Positions 58,501 through 64,000 of a DNA stretch of 64,000 nt are shown here, piece after piece. Each line of letters starts with the position of its first letter. Position 1 is the stretch's first letter. Both the position numbers and the translations under genes were made by a program. The notes below the pieces were generated by a model. The model was given only the letters and a program-made list of their open reading frames with translations. It made no database searches and was not told the DNA's origin. Location of the stretch: the IMG/VR virus record IMGVR_UViG_3300032285_004186; one strand, given 5' to 3'. Source of the stretch: a virus.

Positions 58501-61473
58501 AACGGATCTTCTAGTAAAAATAATAACGCTCTTACTTTTTCTAAAGACGGAATTGAATACATTCGATTTAACGCTGACGGTAAAATTGGAATAGGAACTT
58601 TATCTCCCACCACAAAATTAGATATTATAGGATCTGGAAATCTTGTTAAATTTGCTGGATCTGGTAGTCAATATCAAGGCATCAGCATACAAGCCACTGA
58701 TGCAAGTGCTTTAAGTGCCAGAACTGGATTTATAGACTTTAAAAACGAAAATAATATTCAAACAGCTTCAACAATGTCTGATTTATTTGTTGACGGAAGT
58801 AGTTCTATTTCTTTTCAAACAACTTCTGCTGGGTCTAGATTTGCAGATAGGAGAATTGAACGTTTGCGTATAGACGGAACTGGTAATATTGGAATAGGCT
58901 CTTCAAATCCTAGAAGTAGATTAGACATAGCAGGTGGAGTTATTGCTGGAGTGGCCAATATTAGAGGTCAAGCCAATACCGGAACTTGGTCTATATGGGG
59001 TGGCCTGGGAACAGATAATTCACAAGATGGTGGTTATGTTTCTGTATACGGAAGTTCCCATGTTACAAATCCGGGACAATTAATTTTAGGCAGCTCTTCT
59101 GTGGGAAGTGTGGTCAATATTCTTTCTAGTGGTAATGTAGGAATTTCTGTAACAAATCCTTTATATAAATTAGATGTATCTGGCAGCATTAAGAGCAGTG
59201 AAGAAATCATTGTAGCAAATACAACCTCTAGCAACCAATTACGTCTAGTTCAAGGCAATTTTGGCTCAATAATACGAAATGACGGATCTGATTTTTATTT
59301 ATTAACAACAAATTTATCAGATCAATACGGAAGTGCTAATAATTTAAGACCCTTTGCATATCATCTTGCCACAGGTGATGTTGCAATGAACCATAATGTA
59401 TCTATTGGAGGAGCTTTAAATGTTGCTAATGATTTAAAAAATACCAATTCATCTTCTTCCTTAAATATGTATGTCGGTTCTGCTTTTAATAGTGGCGGAG
59501 CAGCCATAAGCTTAAAGGGAATCAATGCAGCGTATAATAGCGGTGGATTAGAATTCTATACCGGTTCGGATACAACTGGTACAGAAAAAATGAGAATTCT
59601 ATCCTCTGGACAGGTTGGTATAGGATCTACTACCCCAGCGGCTCAATTGTCTATTATAGGATCTGGTCAAGCTACTAATATTTTAAGTACCATTGGTAAC
59701 TTAGGAGGTACATTAATTTTAGGAGACAGTGGAGCCAACATCTATAATGGAGGTGCTTTAGTATTCTCCGCAAATAGTCAACAATGGAGATTTGCAGCTA
59801 TCAAAAGTTTGGTTACAGACGGAACCGGTAATTCGGTTGGAGATATGTCCCTTCAGACCAGACGAAATTCTTCAGATGTATCTTTAACTGAAAACATCAG
59901 AATTGTTGGATCAACCGGTAACATTGGAATAGGAGTAGGCTCTCCGGCTAGCAAATTACACATAGACGGAACTATTACGTTAAATGCTTTACAGGGCATA
60001 CACGGAGCAAATGATTCATCTAATCTTTATATAGCTGGTGGAAGACTCCAGAATAAAGGAGCCACCATTACTCTTTACGGATCTGGAGGAAATATTCCAG
60101 GGTCTATGGTTTTTCAAACCGGATCTGGAATTACAAATTATGAACGGATGAGAATTGATGCCAGTGGCAATGTTGGCATAAATACCACCAATCCCACCAA
60201 GACATTAACTGTAAACGGAGATGTCTTAGTACAATCTGGTACTTTAAGTGCTGGCAACATTAAACCACTCTCTACATTAACATATGACATAGGTCAAGCA
60301 GATAACAAATTTAATAATGTTTATGCTAACAACTATTACGGAACACTTAATGTTAATCAAATAGCTGGTGTATTGCCATATGCAAACGGCGGAACTAACG
60401 GATCAACCGCCTCAGATGGTATAAAAAATCTATTAGCTGGTTTAGGGTCCGGAACTTCCGGTTATGTTTTAAAGACCGGAGGAGCTGGATCTTATTATTG
60501 GGCTCCGGAAACTGGAGCAACTGTGCAAGTAGGTACTCTCATAAATTCTACTCGTACATCTACAACTGCAATAGCTAATCAAACCCTTTTTTCAGCTCCC
60601 ACTTACACCACTGGCTCTAATCAATTGAGAGTATACGTCAACGGAGTGCGACAAACCACTAATGATTATACAGAAACTAACTCCACTTCCTTTGCCTTAA
60701 ACATAGCCACAAATGCTGGAGATTATGTATTAGCTGAAGTTGATGGTTATTATACATATCCTAATGTAGCATCTGCAGTTGTTTTTGCTTCTGGAGGTAA
60801 TATATCTTCAATTACAGTTCAAAATGCCATTTCTGAAATTGATACTAAAAAAATAGCTAAAACTGGAGATTCTATGTCTGGTAATTTGACCATGTCAAAT
60901 GCCTCTATAAATTTAGCAGCTGGCACCAATTCCTTTGCTCCTTTAAAATTTGTTAGCGGAGTATTACAAACATCTGCAACAGCCGGTTCTGTAGAATTTG
61001 ATGGTAGTAAACTTTACATTACCACTTCAACTCCTCTCAGAATGGCTTTAGCTACTGAAAATTTTATTAATACTAATTATGCTCCTAAAAATATTCCAAT
61101 TTTTACAGGCCCTGTAACAATTTCTACAGGAGGTCTTGCAGTTTCTGGAAATATTACCGCTACTGGTGACATTATAGCAGCTTATTCTTCTGATAAAAGA
61201 TTTAAATCCAATGTATCTCCAATAACAAATAGTTTAGAAAAAATATCTAAAATTTCTGGTGTTAGTTTTGAATGGAATAATGAACAAGATGTTTATAGTG
61301 GTAAAGATATAGGTGTTATTGCTCAGGAAATTGAAGAAGTTCTACCAGAAATAGTTATTACCAGAGATAACGGTTATAAGGCAGTTAAGTATGAAAAAAT
61401 TATAGCTCTATTAATTGAAGGTATTAAAGAATTAAAAAAAGAAGTTGATGATTTAAAAAAAAATAATATATGA
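52567..61473 (+). CDS. Giant modular tail fibre / adhesin with C-terminal intramolecular chaperone (peptidase S74)
   Basis: 15-aa repeat array, eight G(N/K/Q)(V/I)GI-type fibre modules, SDKRFKSNV...[14 protein letters not shown]...V.YE.I.ALLIE.IKEL. Confidence 0.88.
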   Translation: MNSLSANGEIKITDLSPARDLRASDLFIAATHLDGSADITTQSVSSCVLLKYILANGAYNFAPDLSSIGAHTCNPSLYGSFVCDVNSKHFTIIPSHPLPICEPSFEAPNLGTDSYYSNIGGGVGNIVWGLETTIGGGCRNVVMDSNSVIAGGKNNFINCCGSTIAGGEDNTSCDIYTSIGGGNNNLINQVGGTIAGGEYNYITQPAGEDTNYQGAAIVGGSCNALSGCFAFIGGGYHNSVQQNHSSIVAGNCNLISSSFSTIGGGQNNIISGNCGVIGGGSFNQLICNGSIIAGGDHNSTAGDYSTIGGGNYNSVQNCFSQIGNGEHNCITGVKSVINSGTENYIAGDYGFVGNGFCNTANSNFNIITNGMYNNSVSAHATIINGICNNTIGDKATIINGCLNSATSDYTLIGNGCNNASSGTNSTVINGICNSSSGCNSLIGSGCNNLASGFESLVLNGNNNSSHGINSSIINGFSNSLSGNLASIINGSNNSAIGNCSLIGGGAYNNTNGVYSIVVNGCCNIASANHASVNNGYCNIASGVNATVVNGTCNTSSGNYSLIIQGSCNSSQGINSTIINGYCNTAVGNNSFIIAGCCNLALGSNSSVFTGCKNISICSSGSIISGFSNTVSAIQATIVSGSNNLATGYNSLIVSGCNNSTGNTSSIILGGCFNTSNGANSLITAGCSNVTLGTNSTIINGVCNASQSNYNLIASGCCNTVTNNYSIVLGGSNNCVNGASSSIINGTANFSPGSGSLIGSGNCNSSCGANSSVLNGNCNTSSGNCSTVITGYCNTASNNNSVIVAGCCNNITSEYSIINNGKCNSISGNYSVIAGGSNNIAAGVCSIVSGGYGNCALNPISLIVGGYCNVSSANGSSIIGGNCNISSGTNSAIINGCYNNVSGKCSIIGSGCCNLVTNDYSIIISGRNNFSCGSNDLIGTGFFNSLSGSNSTIINGGYNSINGNFALIAAGCYNIADGNYSSIINGCNNISSGTNSTVINGQNNSISGSDSSIINGCYNSSSGNCSLIGSGTNNNTSGNFSVIIDGYCNVSSGNNSVIVNGCNNIASSDFASVFNGIKNTANGASSLVASGCNNIASGNNAVIFSGSNNLASNNNGLVISGLYNASSGINSTIIAGAFNSACGNYGLIVNGCQNVACGDYSLILNGCFNTSSSNNGIIAGGYLNTSSGNYSTILNGNNNCASGNRSLIASGTYNVASNNNSVVFSGNNNRSSAFNSTIIGGVCNSASANNASIINGSCNNVSAECGSVISGSCNNVSGVYGSIINGRCNSINSDNSFIAGGTCNQSNFQPNTFILGSCITATRPDFTYVNNLTSKNEIYAANNVCSTNICATQYIHSSMDMCASNVSYGNIVCGTSFVCSPQSFSSICSVTPFLSAQNACVSDTVHTSIVCSDTCVDACYLVSNNILSNQSITNTGILTNIGTLSSIGSICNSGNINNIGSVCNVGILCNIGTICNSSGSINSDNDITVSSTGRFLSAGHDLIELFNAYTAGPGFYKTPAVNEFVGDGTTVIFSSPDFASVNPNNYIISIGGLTQRPNIDFTCNYYYKGSVIFNVPPPAGEIVTIYSNQSSETGREMIGFFNPQYTTITSSNTAQYLLPGSVYNGDDANGYVVAVSGLVQRPYTDFTVTSAFNGQYGFVGGVLTLSNTPASNIPIVVYSYKFTGLSIYNSIMQYLSSTNYGVPVSSIVVPSLTATVGITAPWINTPIISYNTGTTVRGDLTITGGLTTLGGITFLGSQVSNTTALSVVNNGPGTALFISQFNTASPIASFYDSQANKEVLRIGSTGAIRNVGIYTSTPNKTLTVTGDISASGYLYAGKSLITGLGTSVEDSAIELGTDRTGDGNAYIDLHTSVGTDYNARFIRLSGINGAASLTNIGTGNLSITQEGIAPIIFNTSDTERMRIGSGGNIGIGTSNPRSFVEILSSQNASTGLLINNQSNQPLAESSLNIGAYGGTWSIANGSSSKNNNALTFSKDGIEYIRFNADGKIGIGTLSPTTKLDIIGSGNLVKFAGSGSQYQGISIQATDASALSARTGFIDFKNENNIQTASTMSDLFVDGSSSISFQTTSAGSRFADRRIERLRIDGTGNIGIGSSNPRSRLDIAGGVIAGVANIRGQANTGTWSIWGGLGTDNSQDGGYVSVYGSSHVTNPGQLILGSSSVGSVVNILSSGNVGISVTNPLYKLDVSGSIKSSEEIIVANTTSSNQLRLVQGNFGSIIRNDGSDFYLLTTNLSDQYGSANNLRPFAYHLATGDVAMNHNVSIGGALNVANDLKNTNSSSSLNMYVGSAFNSGGAAISLKGINAAYNSGGLEFYTGSDTTGTEKMRILSSGQVGIGSTTPAAQLSIIGSGQATNILSTIGNLGGTLILGDSGANIYNGGALVFSANSQQWRFAAIKSLVTDGTGNSVGDMSLQTRRNSSDVSLTENIRIVGSTGNIGIGVGSPASKLHIDGTITLNALQGIHGANDSSNLYIAGGRLQNKGATITLYGSGGNIPGSMVFQTGSGITNYERMRIDASGNVGINTTNPTKTLTVNGDVLVQSGTLSAGNIKPLSTLTYDIGQADNKFNNVYANNYYGTLNVNQIAGVLPYANGGTNGSTASDGIKNLLAGLGSGTSGYVLKTGGAGSYYWAPETGATVQVGTLINSTRTSTTAIANQTLFSAPTYTTGSNQLRVYVNGVRQTTNDYTETNSTSFALNIATNAGDYVLAEVDGYYTYPNVASAVVFASGGNISSITVQNAISEIDTKKIAKTGDSMSGNLTMSNASINLAAGTNSFAPLKFVSGVLQTSATAGSVEFDGSKLYITTSTPLRMALATENFINTNYAPKNIPIFTGPVTISTGGLAVSGNITATGDIIAAYSSDKRFKSNVSPITNSLEKISKISGVSFEWNNEQDVYSGKDIGVIAQEIEEVLPEIVITRDNGYKAVKYEKIIALLIEGIKELKKEVDDLKKNNI
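52921..56484 (+). repeat. About 78 degenerate 15-aa (45-nt) coding repeats, consensus near S(I/L)I(N/G/S)G(C/x)xNxxSGxx
   Basis: e.g. IGGGCRNVVMDSNSV / IAGGKNNFINCCGST / IINGCYNSSSGNCSL. Confidence 0.9.
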
Positions 61474-62111
61474 CAAAGGTTAAAGTATCTACTCTTGATT
61501 TAACAAATTTATCCAATTTAACAGCTGCAACCAGCGGTGCGACCTTTACCGGAAATTGGTCCACAGCACTGGGTGCAACTTTAATTTCAACTTCTTGTTC
61601 TGGTAATGCTGCTACAGCCACCAATGCTGCTACAGCTACCAATGCCGCTAATGCCGCTAATGCCGCTAATGCCACTAATGCAGTTAATTTACGTGATGCT
61701 ACTAATACTTCCTATATATCTGCATCTATTACCGGAGCAGCTAATAGTATTGTTCAAACTGATGCCGGTGGAAACATAGTAGCAGCTGGAGATATTACAG
61801 CATTTTCAGATATTAACTTTAAAGAAAATATTTCTACAATAGAAAATGCTTTAGATAAAACCCTTCAATTAAGAGGAGTTTACTACAATCGAGCAAATGA
61901 TTCAGAAAAAAAACAAAAAATTGGGGTCATAGCTCAAGAAATAGAAAAAATACTTCCAGAAGTAGTGTGCTACAATGATATTGGAGAAAGAAATTTAATT
62001 TTATCTGTTAATTATGGCAACATTACAGCTCTTTTAATAGAAGCCATTAAAGAGCAGCAAAAACAAATAGAGATATTGAAAGAACAAATTTCAGTATTAA
62101 GTAATAGATAA
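61470..62111 (+). CDS. Short fibre protein with peptidase S74 chaperone domain
   Basis: [52 protein letters not shown]. Confidence 0.85.
   Translation: MTKVKVSTLDLTNLSNLTAATSGATFTGNWSTALGATLISTSCSGNAATATNAATATNAANAANAANATNAVNLRDATNTSYISASITGAANSIVQTDAGGNIVAAGDITAFSDINFKENISTIENALDKTLQLRGVYYNRANDSEKKQKIGVIAQEIEKILPEVVCYNDIGERNLILSVNYGNITALLIEAIKEQQKQIEILKEQISVLSNR
61605..61682 (+). repeat. 9/18-nt tandem coding repeat (NAATAT / NAA)
   Basis: aatgctgctacagc x2 and aatgccgct x3. Confidence 0.8.
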
Positions 62112-62112
62112 T

Positions 62113-63576
62113 ATGAACTTAGTTAAACCCACTTTAAACATGTTACAACCCGCTACAAGTGGGGTGCTTGCTGGTATAAATTCCATTGTTACACACAATA
62201 ACAGTTTTGTTATCGGATCTGGTTTGTCATCCACACAAACAGACACTTTATATGTTAACAATTTAAGTATAACAGGTTCTCTCTCCGGTGGAGTACAAAC
62301 AGTTGCCGGTCGAATTGGCAATGTTTTGCTTACTATAGATGATGTAGATTATTTAAGAACTACTTTACAAAGTTTTCAAGACACTTTTTATAATAAATTA
62401 GACCTAACCGGAGGAACCATTACAGGTAATTTAAACATAACTGGTGATTTATCTGCTTCTGGGAGTTTATATTATGCTAATACCTTTACCACAAACACTT
62501 CAACTTTAAGTGTTGTAAATGTAGGTGTAGGACCCGCTTTATATGTCTATCAAGAAAGGGGGTCAGGTGATGTTGCTTCTTTTTATGATGGAGATGGTGT
62601 AGAGGTTTTACATGTAGGCAATGCCAAGAATACAGCGGGCCAAGATCCTAACGGTGTAATAGGAATTAAAACTTCTTTTCCTAATAAAACGTTAACAGTT
62701 GCTGGAGAAATTAGTGCTACACAAGATATCAGCACATCCGGCAAATTTAAAGGAGATGGTACTTCCTTAGTTCTTCCTATAGCTTCCAATACTCAATTGG
62801 GTGTATTTAAGGTAGGTGATTATTTATCTATATCTCCAGATGGCACCTTATCATCTACTTTAGGCAATAATATAACATCTATAACCGGAGCAACTGGAGC
62901 CACTGGAGCCACCGGTCCTATAGGCAATCCTGGATTTACTGGACCAACCGGAGTTAGTGGTGCCACTGGACCCACGGGAGCAACTGGTAATATAGGACCA
63001 ACCGGACCAACCGGTCTAGGGGCCACAGGTGCTACCGGAATAGTTGGACCATCTGGAGCTACAGGGCCTACAGGACCCACAGGCCCTACAGGACTCAGAG
63101 GTGTTGGTGATCCGGGACCAACAGGAGCTACCGGAGCCTCTGGTATAATACCATCTGATATTTACGCAAACTCCATTACCTTGTCTGTATCAGCTTCTGC
63201 TCCGGCCATAAGTGGTGCTCATTATGGAGACGGTAGTCAATTATTAAATCTCAATAGCAAAAATATTTTAACAAGTGTTTCCCCTATTGCAGACAATAGT
63301 TATACTTTAACATTATCAGATGCTAACACTGTATTAACTTTCAACAATGGTTCATCTATTACGTTGCAAATTCCTACTAATTCTTCTGTAAATTTTCCCA
63401 ACGGAACTCAAATATTAATAGTTCAACTAGATGCTGGCCAAGTATCAATTACAGCTGTATCTGGGGTAACTTTATTATCTGTTAGCGGAAAAGTGACCAC
63501 TTCTTTTACCAATTCCATAGCATCTTTGGTTAAATTAGATACAGATACTTGGATTGTTGGTGGAGACGTTTCTTAA
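62113..63576 (+). CDS. Collagen-like tail fibre protein
   Basis: [24 protein letters not shown], Gly-X-Y tract, C-terminal YTLTLSDA...FPNGT.I.IVQ..AGQV...TDTWIVGGD domain. Confidence 0.85.
   Translation: MNLVKPTLNMLQPATSGVLAGINSIVTHNNSFVIGSGLSSTQTDTLYVNNLSITGSLSGGVQTVAGRIGNVLLTIDDVDYLRTTLQSFQDTFYNKLDLTGGTITGNLNITGDLSASGSLYYANTFTTNTSTLSVVNVGVGPALYVYQERGSGDVASFYDGDGVEVLHVGNAKNTAGQDPNGVIGIKTSFPNKTLTVAGEISATQDISTSGKFKGDGTSLVLPIASNTQLGVFKVGDYLSISPDGTLSSTLGNNITSITGATGATGATGPIGNPGFTGPTGVSGATGPTGATGNIGPTGPTGLGATGATGIVGPSGATGPTGPTGPTGLRGVGDPGPTGATGASGIIPSDIYANSITLSVSASAPAISGAHYGDGSQLLNLNSKNILTSVSPIADNSYTLTLSDANTVLTFNNGSSITLQIPTNSSVNFPNGTQILIVQLDAGQVSITAVSGVTLLSVSGKVTTSFTNSIASLVKLDTDTWIVGGDVS
62887..63143 (+). 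repeat. Collagen Gly-X-Y tract dominated by GAT/GPT
   Basis: [22 protein letters not shown]...[10 protein letters not shown] with two GxG interruptions. Confidence 0.9.
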
Positions 63577-63578
63577 TT

Positions 63579-64000
63579 ATGTTAGCCGTAGTTGCTTCTC
63601 AGAAAAATCAATCTCAGCAAGGAGCAGCTGCTATAATAGCTGCTGCAAATGTATGGGGTCAGGCCAATGATGGACAATATCTAGATAGCGGTAGATGGTA
63701 TTTAAATAAAGTTTATTTAAACACTGTATCAGACCAGGCTGGATTTGAAAGTGCCGTAAATTATATAGCTTCTTCTACATATTCAAATGGAGAATATAAA
63801 TCCACTGGAAGATGGTATTATAATGGAAATTATGTTGTTGATGAAACCGGATATAATAATGCTGTAGCTGATGTATGGGGTCTGTGGAATAATGGATTTG
63901 AACCCACAACTGGAAGAATTTATCACTCAGGAGAACTTAATAATGATGATTATGCTGTTAATGGTCAATTGTTATCTAATTATATTTCCTATCAAGAGAT
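63579..64000 (+). CDS. Hypothetical tail-module protein, partial; runs off the right edge
   Basis: Hand translation MLAVVASQKNQSQQGAAAIIAAANVWGQANDGQYLDSGRWY...STGRWYY...TTGRIY; open to the window end. Confidence 0.65.
   Translation, partial: MLAVVASQKNQSQQGAAAIIAAANVWGQANDGQYLDSGRWYLNKVYLNTVSDQAGFESAVNYIASSTYSNGEYKSTGRWYYNGNYVVDETGYNNAVADVWGLWNNGFEPTTGRIYHSGELNNDDYAVNGQLLSNYISYQE

Noticed and set aside
310-63080. Many 60-130 aa ORFs in the track that lie antisense to or out of frame within longer genes (e.g. 310-501, 1630-1920, 16685-17083, 34057-34332, 54507-57083, 62820-63080)
   Set aside because: They are shadows of well-supported genes with no motifs. The antisense collagen-like ORF simply mirrors GGN-CCN codons.
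1-64000. Stop-codon reassignment as seen in some large AT-rich phages
   Set aside because: Core genes are full length in the standard code, coding density is high, and TAG and TGA terminate genes at the expected positions.
1-64000. tRNA, rRNA or other structured RNA genes
   Set aside because: Intergenic gaps are under about 90 nt and show no cloverleaf or T-loop motifs by eye.

Overview
64 kb of an AT-rich (roughly 28-30% GC by eye) T4-like myovirus genome using the standard genetic code. The T4 core is recognisable but rearranged: gp46, gp47, gp55, UvsW, UvsY, primase, gp62, gp44, dUTPase, gp15, portal, gp13, gp4, gp21, gp22, gp23, gp25 and gp6. It is followed by very large baseplate and fibre proteins, including a 2968-aa fibre with about 78 Cys/Asn-rich 15-aa repeats and a collagen-like fibre. 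Two accessory systems stand out. (1) A 7-deazaguanine locus: queE at the left edge, plus a compact operon queC / stand-alone class II glutamine amidotransferase / GT2-like glycosyltransferase / DUF366-like ligase-fold protein. This suggests a possibly undescribed hypermodified guanine. (2) An 8.3-kb island of glycosyltransferases, methyltransferases and a GDP-mannose-3,5-epimerase-like gene sitting between gp47 and gp46. Other notable signals are CCGG enrichment against a CpG-poor background, leaderless or short-leader promoter architecture without Shine-Dalgarno sites, and dispersed late-promoter orphan genes with capsid-targeting-like N-termini. All family assignments come from motif recognition by eye; no searches were run.
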